Notes: generated by a model not told the origin, from the letters alone. A DNA stretch of 63,512 bases, filler included, from Calcarisporiella thermophila CBS 279.70 (GCF_041956535.1; 12 parts of 11 records of this genome joined end to end with filler, not necessarily neighbours in it); one strand, 5' to 3'. Counted from the whole stretch's first letter, positions 24,949-38,031 are shown. Numbers and translations are program-made.

Positions 24949-25197
24949 AAGCTATACCTCGTGAGCTACGACTTCAAAGACGCATTCGGATCGGTAGACC
25001 ACTCGCTGATCCAACAGTCCCTAGAGCTGCTTGGCTTTGGAGACCATGCGATCCGGGTGATCATGAGCCTCTACGAAGGAATAGGTTTCTGGATCGAGTC
25101 CGAGGCAGGACCAACACGCATCATCCCACAACGCCGAGGGGTCAAACAAGGAGATCCCCTCTCGCCAATGGTATTCAACCTCGTGATAGAACACTAG
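24949..25197 (+). mobile_element. Non-LTR reverse transcriptase fragment (RLE-type clade likely)
   Basis: DFKDAFGSVDH and RGVKQGDPLSPMVFNLVI motifs. Confidence 0.85.
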
Positions 25198-25199
25198 AC

Positions 25200-27360
25200 C
25201 AAAGGATGAATGTGTAATTGCATACGCTAGTCGAAGTCTACATGGGAGCGAGAAGAATTACTCGATTACGCACTTGGAGGGTCTAGCGGTTGTATGGGGA
25301 ATTCAGTATTTCCGACATTATCTAGCGGGAATCAAGTTTACATTGGTAACTGATCATTCATCCCTACTATATATCTTCAATCTACCGAATCCGACGGGGA
25401 GAGTAGCACGTTGGGCGATGGAGCTTGGAAATTATGATTTTGAGGTTAAGCATCGGAAGGGAAAGGCCAACCCGGCTGATGCCTTGTCAAGGTTACCAGT
25501 TGACGTGGTGGATGGCGAATGTTTCGGGGTGCGGGGAATCCTTAATGTGGCGGAAGAAGAAAGAAGGGGAATTGGTGAGAAGGGTAGGAACGGGGACGTG
25601 CCTAATTCAAGGAGGAGGAGAGAGAGGCGAAGAGTGAGGCAGGGAATGGACTTGGCCAAGTATGTAGCGATATGGAGGTATTTAACGGAGCTATCGTTTC
25701 CCAGGGATTGCGACAGAGTAACGAGAAGGAGGATTAGGAGATGGTCGCAGCGGTATCGTGCGGTCGGCAACGAGTTGAAGCTATATCTGAAAAAAGAAAC
25801 AGATATACCAATCGAGGTACTGCACACCGGAAATGCAAAGTCAACAGTACGAGTGGTACACGAGGAGGCGCATGAGGGAGTAAAGGCGACGTGGGAAAGG
25901 GTTAAGAGGAGATATGAAGGTCCACAGTTATACGAGGTGGTGGAGGAGGTGGTGAGATCATGCGAGAGATGCCAGAGAAGAAGGAATAAGACAAGGGTAG
26001 AAGAAATGAGACCAGTAAGGACTAATAGGGTATTGGAGATAATAGGGATTGATGCGGTGGGACCTTTACCGCCCACGAGGAATGAAAATCGGTATTTACT
26101 TGTGGCGATCGATTATCTCTCAAAGTACCCGTTTGCCAAGGCAGTACCAGCAATAACAACGGAAGAAACGATTAATTTTATCTTCGAAGAGATTGTGTCA
26201 AGATATGGTTGCCCAATGAGACTGATTTCTGATCGAGGAAGCAATTTTACGAGTGAACTCATGAAGACATATATGGAGCGATTGGGGGTACGTGCGGCAC
26301 CAACAACATCATACAGACCTCAGAGCAATGGTATGGTGGAAAGGACAAACCAAACCCTGACACAAACGATTGCAAAAGTCGCGAGTGGCAAGGAATGAGA
26401 CGAGAGGTTGCCAGAAGCGTTATTAGCTATGCGCACGATGGTGCAGTCGACAACCAAAATGACGCCTTGCGAGCTATTAATAGGGCAACAAGCAGTTATG
26501 CCTAGAGCATGGCAAGCAGCTAGTGGAGCGGTAATAGAAGGAGACTTTGAGGAAGAACTTCGGTTGAGAGTTCAGGGGATAAGCGAAACCTTACCAGAAG
26601 CTAGAAGGCTAGCAGCCGAACGACACGATAAGAGGCAAAGGCGAAGCAAGCTGCGATATGACGCTAGCATAACACCTCGGAAATACAGAGTGGGTGAAGA
26701 GGTATTAGTGGCGATAGAAGGGCACGATAAGTTCGACGCGAAATGGGAGGGTCCGTTCCGAGTCTTTCAGGTTAAAGACAAAGGTGCCTATATCTTAGTC
26801 GACGAGACCGGAAGACTGAAGGAAACTCCAATAAACGGGGACCGATTGTCGCCTTATACACGTGCTCATGATATGATTCCAGAGGTGGGAAGCGCTAGAA
26901 GTGACAGGAGAGTGCGTTCGTTCTCGGAAAGGAGAATATTTATGGTGGAAGAAAGTGAGAGCGAGTACTGAAGATGTTAGAGGAACTCGAGGGCGAGTTT
27001 ATTGAGAAAGGGGGACTGTTGTGAGGAAATTTGGCACAATATGGAATTATGGCGCAGTAGGAGGAAAGGAGGCTTAGATTTCGTGACTTACTTTTCTTTT
27101 TATTCACTATGTGGTGTGATAGATATTTTTGTGGGGTGACCAGTATACTTATTTTCATACGATTAACATATTTATCCAGAATCACCTTATATTTTTTTAT
27201 ATTTTACCTTATTGTGACACATTATCTTTAGTATAAAAAGGAGAATATCTTTAGTTAGAATAAAGTGTGCTATTTTGTATTGAGATAGAACCGGATACGT
27301 TTCAAACCACCATCTTGTGTCGTTTATTAGTCTTCTGAAGTGTTTAAGGAAGGACAATCA
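25200..27360 (+). mobile_element. Ty3/gypsy LTR retrotransposon 3' half: RNase H, integrase, PPT and probable 3' LTR
   Basis: IAYASR, ITHLEGLAVVW, TDH, HHCC zinc finger, GIDAVGP, SDRGSNF, NGMVER, WEGPF. Nonsense TGA at 26396 where Trp is expected. PPT GAGAAAGGGGGAC followed by TGTTG at 27017. Confidence 0.88.
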
Positions 27361-27698
27361 AAAGCTTATTNNNNNNNNNNNNNNNNNNNNNNNNNNNNNN
27401 NNNNNNNNNNNNNNTTAATTAATTAANNNNNNNNNNNNNNNNNNNNNNNNNNNNNNNNNNNNNNNNNNNNCTCCCATATAAAAACCCTCGATTTTATTTT
27501 ATTTTTTTGAACAATCAAGATTTAGCAGATTTTTACGAGATTCTTTTCTAGATTTTACTTTATTTTTATTTTATGTTTCAAGATATTATTCTTAGTAATA
27601 AATTCTTTATTTTTATTTCTAAGAAATCCAGATTCATTATACAGTAGGTTAACTCGCATTTTTACTAAAAATTCCTTAAATTTTTTCCGATGAGTTGC

Positions 27699-28410
27699 TT
27701 ACGGTATCTTCTTATAGGGTTGGGGCATGTCGTTATGCTCAAATATCAGTAGTTTTCGCTCAGGCTCCATGGGCGGAAAAAGCGGGGGCAAACCAAAGAG
27801 GTTTGCAGTTGTCGCCACTCTATAAATATACATACGGAATAAATTTGGTGATGCGCAAATCTTTGCTGGATCTTCGCCCAGAGTTAAAGCGAGGGTGATC
27901 ATGCACGCATATGGCCCACAGTCATCGCTAGTGACCTGTTTGATGCTGTTTTCAGCTACAGATGAGAAGTACCAGCTGTCATCAATCTCCCAGTCCAGAT
28001 AGTCACGAAGAAAGTCTGCGTAGAGACGGTAGTCGGAAGCGTCTGAATGGGGATATACAGTACAATAACATCGAGCAATTCGCAAATTTCGAATAAATAA
28101 GTAGACATTCCAGTGTTTATTTTGCCCCAGTTTGTTGTTGACCACCACAGCTCGGTTATAGCTGCCAATGTTTGTTGGAGTAACTCTACACCCTCCAGGA
28201 ATACCGCATTGGCATGAAGACAATCGATCATGTGTGAGCAGTCCACGTAGAAATGGGGTACCAATGAAGATACTCCCAGATTTATTCCAAAGACGTTCCA
28301 GGAAGTAATTGATCGCATCATCGCTCATCCACCCTCTCTTTTTAACACGCTCGGTGCACTCTATGGCACTTTTCTGAGGTGTAGAGTATCCTAAATAGAT
28401 CTCGTATAGC
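27699..28410 (-). CDS. Ulp1-like (C48) cysteine protease domain, possibly transposon-associated; start uncertain
   Basis: WMSDDAINYFL, HW, QxxSDDCG motifs. Confidence 0.65.
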
Positions 28411-29443
28411 CTAAAATAAATATTTACGGATGATGCATTTGATAAACACAAGCATAAATAATAATAATAAATCGGTGTTTTTACCTTTTTCTTGGACAAT
28501 CAGGATTACCGTTTTCAGGAGCAATTTCGTATTTGTAAGAGGGAGAGAACGAAGAAGAAATCACAGGAGAACCAGCCAGAGCTGTGATGTTGTCAAGAAC
28601 ACAATTGTTTTGATTAGATACAAATGAGGAAAAAGTAGTTTGGCGCTCGTCAACTAGTGAATCTACTGAGAGATCAATAGAGATGATAAGTCAACTTTTT
28701 AAAACTGACCACGCTAAAAGACTAAATGAAGGATTAATTCATAGTAATGATAGTAATATTGGGCCACATCGACAAACCTCTCTGTTGCGAATTAAAACAA
28801 CCATGGGCCTTTAATTTTATGAAACATACCTGTATCCATTTCCTTGTGATCTTGTGGCTCTTCCCAATTGCAACTCTCTTCTACTGCTATTAAGGATGGA
28901 TCAGTACCACAAAACATAAAGCTTAGATTCAAAAAGGGACTTGACAAGCAAAAGTTGTTTTCTCTCAAGGTCAAACATACGGTCATCTTAATAATATTTC
29001 CACTTACATAAAAATTCAGAGTTTAAGCTCGGTAGGCGCTTTGAACCTGGACCTACTACAGTATAGCAAGCTAAAAAATCAAAATTAGAAATTGGTTTAA
29101 AAATGAATCTTCCAGACCAATTGGTTACTTGGTTTATGTTTATTTACTTACGAATTTCCACCTCCTTGGGCATCGATGCATACTCAGAACCAAATTTTTG
29201 TGCTATCGGAAAATCTTGAATTAAACAATAGTTAAACTATACAGAATATATCTACTATTAAGCAGCGGAAATGTATAATATTTACGTTGAGCGAGAGAGG
29301 AAATCGCCTATTTGACCGAAAGAATAAAGTACAGGCGGTATTATTATTTACAGTAGCAATGCATTAGTATTTAACAAAATAATTCACTGTGCTTTATAGG
29401 GGATACATCCAATTGCTGCATATAGTACACCCTATGAATCTAA

Positions 29444-31468
29444 TCAAACAATACTAACCGAGATTTTTTCTGTATGCAAAAAAACAAGCAACTGTTTTAT
29501 ATTTGGATGATCATGATCGGTTGTCTCCACATTTACAATTGAACTGAGCTTTACAGTGGGGATTACTACGAGGGTGGTAGAGTTATCTATACTAGTAGTA
29601 TCGAAGGATTCTGAACCCAACCTCTCTGAGCTATTTTTTATTGCGCAGTTAAATGCTTCTTCAATAGTGTTGATAAGCTCTGAGTCTTGATACAAAAGAA
29701 GTGGATTCCACAGTATTCGCAGAATCTTATGCAAGCCAAATAATGCGCTCCTCTGTTGCTCTGCGTTTCCCGATATTGTCATTATAAGGTAGACGCACAC
29801 GCTTGTATTTAATCCTAGTGCCATTGTCGAATGAAAAGACTTGCTATTTTGATCACTTAACAATGTATCTGCTATATCCACTATCTCGTCTGCTGATGCA
29901 ATGCATTCCGCAAGAGAAGGATAGTCGATTGACACAATCAAACTATCTTCCAGCTTAAGGAAATGTGAATGTATCTTGATAATGAGGAGATAGAGTAATA
30001 GTTCTGCTTTGTTTAGGAATGCCATATCGGGTGAGATCGTGCCAATCAAATTGTCCAACCGGAGAGTCAAGCTCGATGCATATAGCTGCAATAGTGTGGC
30101 ATCTATAGACATTGTACTTGAGTTCCCCTGAAGCTTCATAGAGCGTAATCCGGATATTGCGTTGAAATGCATCAATATTTCCGAGAGTATGGTCATCAAA
30201 TAAGCGCAATTGTAAAAAGCACGAATTTCATGTGCTTCCTCGTTTAAGATAAACGAACTGGAGCCATAATGACGGCTATATGCGTATAGCACAGACTCAG
30301 TCTCTTTCATGACCGGTAATCTTATGGTGGCATTGGCAATCTCTTGTTCGAACCTAAAATCGAGTTTGGCGTAGCTCCATGTAGTAAAAATGTACATGGC
30401 CCACCATATAAAATTGCGTTGTTCGCGGCTTATTGGATCTAATTCTATATCGAAATCCTTATTATCCTGCTCATGAATCCGCAGCTCAAATACCATTTTC
30501 CACGCTCTACTCAGGAATCCTCGGGCTGAATGCAGGTAACCTCTATACGTCAACGTTACAGCGAGAATATAGAAGCTCTGGAGGTTGATAAGCGAAGATG
30601 AACTATATGCCTTATCTTGCGTTGATGATGCCGCATATTCTAAGAAAAGTGAGCTCAGTGTTTTTCGTAGTGATTCGTGATAAAATGCGGTTTCCGGGAG
30701 AGAGAGCGCCAGGGCGAAAATGCTTGAATAAAGCACTGAGTGCGTCTGGCCCTTGATATAATCTTGAATCAAGGCAACACGATTTAACACGGTGGGAAAT
30801 GGGAAATTTCTAAACCATAAGTTAATGAGTACAGTAGCCTGGATGGCTGTCAGGAACTTCATGAGGTCCTTGCGCATAAAGTCTCTGGATAGAAAGAGTC
30901 TCGCTTCTTCCTTAACAACTTGGGGATAATCTTTTTCGATCTTCTCGTTAACACAGAGTGCGCTCATTTTCTCGATAATTACCCCAAGTACATCGTTGGT
31001 ACACATGCTATATGCCGGAGAGCGGGGGAAGTGGATCGCCTGTGACCATTTCCACCTCCAAGGGTTTTCCGTAATTTGGTACTATACAAAATAGAGGCAA
31101 TCAGATGAATACAAGTTCATTCCGGTAAAGACTCTTGTGATTACATTAAGATTATTAATCAATTTTTCTGGCTCTTCGATGAGTACGCGATATTGACAGA
31201 GTAAGGAATCCTGCATAGTCAATCGAGGTGCCTTTGTATCACTCGCAATATTCTGCTTTCTGCACCTCTTTTGCGATTTGGAAGGTCGCCCCACTTTAGC
31301 GGTAGTTACTTTGTATACACACTGTTCTTTCAGAGCTTTACACCGAGTGCACTCATTCATGTTGCCATCGCACCTCAGTTTGCGTTGTTGGCATAAATGA
31401 CATGCTCTGAAGAAGTTGAAGTTGTTCACGTCTCTGGATAATGATATTATATTAGAAATATGGGTCAT
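29444..31468 (-). CDS. Zn2Cys6 fungal transcription factor with middle homology region
   Basis: RACHLCQQRKLRCDGNMNECTRCKALKEQC; EQRNFIWWAMY; probable intron near 31082-31130. Confidence 0.9.
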
Positions 31469-31822
31469 ATTAACATGGGAAAAATTTAGAGGCGTGTCAT
31501 GGATATTGCAGACAATATCAAAATATACGGCACCCGTTTTTTATATAATGTTCGCTTATCTAAAATAAACTAGGGATTTATTATGAAACCTGGTTCTTTT
31601 AGTTTATTCTTCAAGCTCCGCCAATTCTTTTTAATGACGGTCGCATTGAACCCTCGAGGTATGTGTCTTACCTCTTACGTGTTCATTAGGAGAGGGCGTG
31701 GAGCAATGCGTTACAGAATATATCCCTGGGTCACCAAACACGGAAGCAAAAGCGGCGTCGAGGAAAATCAAGGAAAACCTGTCTTGATTCATCGATAACA
31801 GTACGTTCACCAGGATTGAGAA

Positions 31823-31875
31823 GAAGTGGGAACCCTATCCTAGTAGGAAGTGGGAACCCCACCCTAGTAAGAAGT
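31823..31875. repeat. 24-bp tandem repeat (~2.2 copies) upstream of the TF gene
   Basis: GAAGTGGGAACCCTATCCTAGTAG / GAAGTGGGAACCCCACCCTAGTAA / GAAGT. Confidence 0.7.
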
Positions 31876-33021
31876 CGGTGTTGGGAAAATGTTCTGTTAG
31901 CCAAATGAAATGCAGGCTATACTTTCATTGTCAAAGAGCATCCAGCATGGTCACATCCCAGTCTGAAGTCGGGGTAAGGAATAAGCTCAGAAACTCATGT
32001 AGGAAAATAATGTATAACAAACATACGGAATGCCAGGATTTAATTTTTACTTAATTTTACATGCATCTAATTATTACTTGTTTGGGTGTATATGAAAATC
32101 CTGTTTATTGTTTTTGTTGTTATTCTTTAAATAGTTCAGCTATTTGTTTTCTGATCCTCACTCCTATTTTTCTCTTATATTTTTACTATTATTATTATAG
32201 TAAACTATAGGAGTCCGAAAGTCGAAAACTACTTTCGTTACACGGAAAGTGAGCAATTCCCTATGTTGATTATCACTTATATGAAAGGTAATTCTTGCTC
32301 AATTACACCAGGTTTATAAATGATATTATGCCAATAATGTATGGAATTATTTATTCAATTAATAATTAAAAATTAAAAACTTTTTAATGCTGCATTACAA
32401 ATCATGGAGTTACTATTACATCCTGATTTCCAAGGTTGTAATGCGCCTAATAAACTAATTTTAAGCTCCGCTGGCAAAAATCCTTATTTGGGATCAAACC
32501 AAGCCATCAATTTTGGGGCTTAGCTTTTATTCGAATATTGTTACGTTTCGTAGTTTCAGCTTGTCTTATACTTGTGACTATTTGTGACATCATCATTATA
32601 TGCATATATATTGGCTTTTAGATATTGGAATAAACTAAGCGGAGTTTTCTCTTACTCTCCTATCTCAAACTATCCATAACTAATTCAGGCAAAATAATAA
32701 GCCACAAGATTTTTGAATAAAATTTTTTCCAAGATACGTTGCCAATTTTCTGGAATTAAAAATGAATTAGACATTTTTTCCTATGAACCCTAAGTGTTTT
32801 TGAAGGAATTATTAGATGAATATAAAAATAATTATGTGTCAAGAAACTTTTGCGGTGCACTTTTCATTTATTTATTCCAACATTACATCACCAACAAACT
32901 GTTTTCAAAAAGCTGATTTCTAAGAATCAGTACCTAAGCACACTAAAATTATTGCAAAATCCCAATATATTGCCTATGAACAGTTTTAACGAATAAAGTT
33001 AAGAGAACATACAAACTTCTC

Positions 33022-34824
33022 CTAGGGATTATGACATCGCTTCTTGAACTTAATCCAAACCCCATCTTTCGGCTTCATTGAAAAAAATACTTTCGTATTG
33101 ATTTCACTACCTTCTTTGAGTTCGAGATGAAATGCGTTAACCAATAACGCGATTAAGCAACGCAATTCAAGTGTGGCTAGGTGTCTACCCATACAAGCGT
33201 GTGCTCCGAGAGTAAAAGCAGCCTCCGGAACGCCTTGGTTAACCATTACATTCTCTTCAGCAGGTGCGTTTGCATTGGAATTTACTGTGGAGGTTGTCCA
33301 ACGCTCAGGGTCGAATTTGTCCGGATTTGGGAATAGTTCTGGGTCTTTTAAAATTCCAAGAATGTTACACATTATATCGGTACCTAAGAGGAGCATAATT
33401 GTCAAAAAGTTAAAATTTGGAGACACCTTCACATATTATCTTCACAGAGCATTCTGCAAAGGAATATAATAAAAAAATAATCAAATGATGCTTGCCGGCC
33501 GGAATCAAAAATCCACAGACTTGATAATCCTCCTTTGCAGTGGCATAGGATACAACTCCGGGGGGATAAACCCGATATGATTCTCTCATTACCGCGGTAG
33601 AATAGTTGAGTCTATTTAGGTGCTCAGGTAGAAACTCCCTAGGATTTACCTTAAACACGTTGCCAAAAATATCTTGGACTTCGGCAAAAATTTTCTTTTG
33701 CACTTCAGTTCGCCTTGCAATCTCGCCAAAGGCAAAGGAAAGCACATTAGTAGTAGTTTCAGAACCACCATAGATGAGGATAAGCATATCATGCATTAGA
33801 GTTATCCGGCCTTCTTCTCCGAGGTATTGCGGGAATTCGGCAAGAATACACACCAAGGGTAACTTATTCTTGTCAGCTATCTTGGAATAAGTTGCAAGTG
33901 ATTTTTCTATTGCCTTGTTGACGAAGGAATAAAGCCGATCACGATTCCCGCTGAAACTTTTTTTAGCCCACTCAGTCTTATTCACAATAGGAATAAACTG
34001 CCAAAAGCAAGTCAGTCCTGAATTCAAAGACTGAATCATATGCTGATATTACTAGTTAATTAAAGACCATAATATGATTGAAAAATTGATATCATTTACC
34101 CCAAAATTCTCTTTTCCATCGACATCAGAATAGTCTAATTCACTCTCTCCAGCAAGGCCAAAAAGACATTGACATATCATATCCAATGTAAAAAGAGTAA
34201 ATTCATCTTCGACATTCAAAGCATTACCCCTCTGTGATTTAGTATCAATTTCATCGATAAATTGATTAACATGTTGGACAGTATATTCAAGAAGATTTGG
34301 AATTATTTTTCTGGGTTGGAAAAAGGGACCCATGACGTGGCGACGCCATTTCCATTCCTAAAACCATGATAAATGCAGTTTAGGAGAAGTAATCTGACAA
34401 AAAAACAGCAGAAATATCAATATACTTCATTAATAACATTTCCTATGTTTTTGCCCCCAAAAGTCCACAAGACCATAGAACGTTGAAGGGATCCTCTTTC
34501 AACTTTATTTTTTCCGTTGTAATTTGCCTGCCCATGAACAAGTACCTCCTTTATGCCCTGCAACGAATTTACAAACACTATATCACGAGGGAATCCGTGT
34601 AGTACGCATAATGGTTTGTAATTGCGGGCAATTTCAATGAGGTGGTCGCCGAAATCTATCGAACGCGTGCCAGGTAAAATACGCTCAATAAAATTAGCTG
34701 GCTCCCACGATACATGAGGAAGATGAGAGAGTTTGGGCTTTTTAAACAATTTAGCAGAAACAAAGTATGCTACTGCAATTGTCAATATGGGAGTTATCGT
34801 TTTAACCAGAATTTCATTTATCAT
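33022..34824 (-). CDS. Cytochrome P450, 4 exons
   Basis: N-terminal TM anchor, WKWRR, GGSETT I-helix, ESYR, DPERW, FTLGAHACMG heme loop. Confidence 0.93.
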
Positions 34825-36254
34825 GATAAATTATTGAAAGAAAATAAAAAATTCCAGTTCAAATCTCAGAATACAATTATTTATATATATTTTTATAAGT
34901 TAATCAAATATGTAATCTCAAATTTTGGTGCTTTTTCTCAAATGGACTAGAAGAAATAATGTAGCAATCTAGATTTTCAGGTCAATCATAATTTAGGCCA
35001 GATAGATGTTGCAGTATTGAGTATTTTTTTTTTTCACTTCCATACCCCTTTATTATTTATTCTAGAACTTTGAACTTATAATATAGATGATCAAACCCTT
35101 CCATAAGCGCTTATACTGATAAATTTTAAAAATTCGAAACACAGAGAAGTTGAAATGTCTAATATGTAGTAATGAAGTCAGAACCGCGTGGTAAGCAAAA
35201 AATTGTATACAAGTATATGTGGCCTGGAAAATACATCTCAGCACTTTTGTCAACTAACTTCCACAGCATTGTTTTCAATCCATATTGATTTGGTTACTGC
35301 TACAAATAATAAGAATTTTATGCTCAGAGAAAACTCACTGTAGTATCATATTGCAATGTCTCGCAAAATAGTCAAAATTATTTAGATATTATAAAAATTA
35401 CTATGGCTTTATCTGTAATGTTAGCTATTATATTTAAATATGACCTGATTATATTCTTCTCACCTTTTGGGACAAAGTTGAACTAAGCATTAGAAATTAA
35501 TGATAGTACATGGGATTACGATCAAGAATCCCCCTACATAAAGATGGTCTTGATCAGGAGTTTCCGCATATTCCTTGTGTTCTACAATGAAATACTGAAA
35601 TTGATATTTCTTATTGGCTCTCGATGTTTAAAGGAAAAGGGATTCTCCACATTCCGATTTTAAATATTGCCTCTTCCTTTTGCATATTTGGCCAATCGGA
35701 ATATTTCTTTAATTTGACCCGACATTTATTAGTCCATTCTTTCAGGTAGTTTTTGGTCTAGAATCAACTCATTCGCGACAGGCTAAAAATTAATTGGCTA
35801 ATTGATGTAGTTAGGATTGTTTGAAAATTGAATATTTCATGAAAATATATCATCTTATGCAGGAATAACATTTATTCATATATTAAACCGAACTATATTG
35901 CATCAATACTGCTCTAGCTTCATTAGAACCGTACTAAGGCTAATTTTTACAAAATTTGAACATGTAAAACTGATGAACACGATGTTAACAGGTCAAATGA
36001 TACAGAAAAAGAATGTTCGAATTAGCATTAGAACCACGCGCATACCTAGTTTTATTCACATATCCTGCAACTGTTTAATAAATACGCCTAAATCATTGAA
36101 GCGCCCAAACCGTATTGTTCATAATTCTAATTAATATCTTCGAGATCATAGGTTAATTCAACCTAGATTTAAAAATATATATAATCGGTCTCGCTTATAT
36201 CACTTTGAATTTTTTTTAAATTATACAAGTTTATCCTTCATTTCCGTGTATAAA

Positions 36255-37106
36255 ATGATCCAAAATGCAGCAGCTCCAATCGAAGCACCATCTGCCAAAC
36301 AAGTAGGAGAGTATTATGAGTTTATCTCCCCAGCTTTGACTACCGCCACAGGAAACGACTGTATGCATTACGGGTTCTGGGAAAACGCGGAAGATGAAAG
36401 TTCTTATCCTCAGGCTGCAGAAAAATTAACTGACCTTTTGATCGACAAGATGGACGTTAAATCGGGAGAACAAGTGCTTGATGTTGGTTGTGGGGTAGGA
36501 GGACCGGCAATTAGTCTTGCACGTAAGACCGGGGCCAGAATCGTGGGTATCAATATTTGCAAGTCACAAGTAAAACAGGCGACAGAAAATGCTATTAAAT
36601 CAGGAATGGCGGGACAAGTATCCTTCGAATATGCTGATGCAATGGACCTACCTTTCCCGCCAAATTCATTTGATGCCGCGTGGGCCTTTGAATCCATAAT
36701 TCATATGGACCGACTCAAAACCCTTCAGCAAATTGCCAAAGTTTTGCGCCCTGGTGGCCGCCTTGTGCTTACTGATATATTTCGTCATCCAAGCGACTCT
36801 CTGCAAGTTAATGAAATCATAGAGAAGTTTAGGAGAGACGGGTTTATGACTCCTTTTCCTTACTTGAATGAGTATCCGGTGCTTATTTCAAAAGCAGGCC
36901 TCAAGTTGGATCATTTGATAGATATATCAAGTAACACAAAGAAAACATTTCGTGCGTTGAGTGAGATGTTTCAGCGCGAAGGAATTAGAGCCCAGCTGAC
37001 TACGTCAATAGGTACTCAGGCTATCGATTCCATGGCTTCCTTTTTATTGCCAGTGGCAGACCTATCAGAGATTGGCTATCTTGTTCTTGTGGCTTCCCGC
37101 GTGTAA
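36255..37106 (+). CDS. SAM-dependent methyltransferase (RebM/AveD/tocopherol-sterol MT-like), intronless
   Basis: VGEYY, MHYGFW, VLDVGCGVGGPA, ADAMDLPFPPNSFDAAWAFESIIHM, VLRPGGRL. Confidence 0.9.
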   Translation: MIQNAAAPIEAPSAKQVGEYYEFISPALTTATGNDCMHYGFWENAEDESSYPQAAEKLTDLLIDKMDVKSGEQVLDVGCGVGGPAISLARKTGARIVGINICKSQVKQATENAIKSGMAGQVSFEYADAMDLPFPPNSFDAAWAFESIIHMDRLKTLQQIAKVLRPGGRLVLTDIFRHPSDSLQVNEIIEKFRRDGFMTPFPYLNEYPVLISKAGLKLDHLIDISSNTKKTFRALSEMFQREGIRAQLTTSIGTQAIDSMASFLLPVADLSEIGYLVLVASRV

Positions 37107-37173
37107 CGGGAATTTATTTTGTGATGCAGTGATACGATATAGCTCTTAAGCAACACTATGCCTTCTATCTAAC

Positions 37174-37390
37174 TGTAACTGATCTTGGAGTAATTTTGTA
37201 ACAGGACCAGCTTCCGATCCTATTCAGATTCTGTAGTGACTATCCTTTACTTTTATTTGGATCCAATCCTTTTCGTATCACCTAATGTTTCCCATATATA
37301 AACCCACCTTCCTTATTATTTTCTTTCTCACTTCTTTCTCTCTACTAATTAAGGTCACCTTTCTCTCTCATAACAGTTCCAACTGTTACA
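37174..37390. mobile_element. Solo LTR, 217 bp
   Basis: TGTAAC...GTTACA termini; 5-bp TSD CTAAC at 37169-37173 and 37391-37395. Confidence 0.75.
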
Positions 37391-37483
37391 CTAACTTTCA
37401 ATCATATTGTCTAGTAATGTCATTAGTTAAATAAACTGCGTGCCTCATCAGCAGTCTACAGGTTGCAGAAAAACAGTTGCAAT

Positions 37484-37786
37484 TGTCACGGTCCTTTTGG
37501 GCAGACTTATAATAATATAGCAATTAGTAAAAATATTGAGAGTTAGTAAGAATAAAGAAGATTGGCGAGGAACCATAAATAAAAACAAAGGAATTAAATA
37601 GTCGAAGAAATTAATCAGATGATATAATAATAATCAGGCGATATAAATTACTATGATCAGGAGATATTGATTCTAAGCGAAAAATAATAAAGATAATAAG
37701 ATAATAAAAGATAAAATTAAATATTACTATTGAATGAATCTGTTGAGGAACGTTTCGGTATAGCTTGAATGGCTCGTCGCGCTACA
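37484..37786. mobile_element. Probable solo LTR, 303 bp
   Basis: TGT...ACA termini; 5-bp TSD GCAAT at 37479-37483 and 37787-37791. Confidence 0.55.
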
Positions 37787-38031
37787 GCAATGAAATGACA
37801 TATCTTCTATATTTATTAATTAATTAATACCTACCCGAGTAAAATGGATCAGAATATTATTGTAAAAATATACAACACTGAGGCTAGTTTTATTAATACG
37901 TGACACCCATGTTTAAAAAAGAAAAACTACAAAGCTGGAGGTTTAAAGTTGAAAAAAGTGTTGCAATGTTCTTTACACATATGCCAATTTTATATACAGT
38001 TTTCACAAATTGCATATTGTATTCTTTTTTA

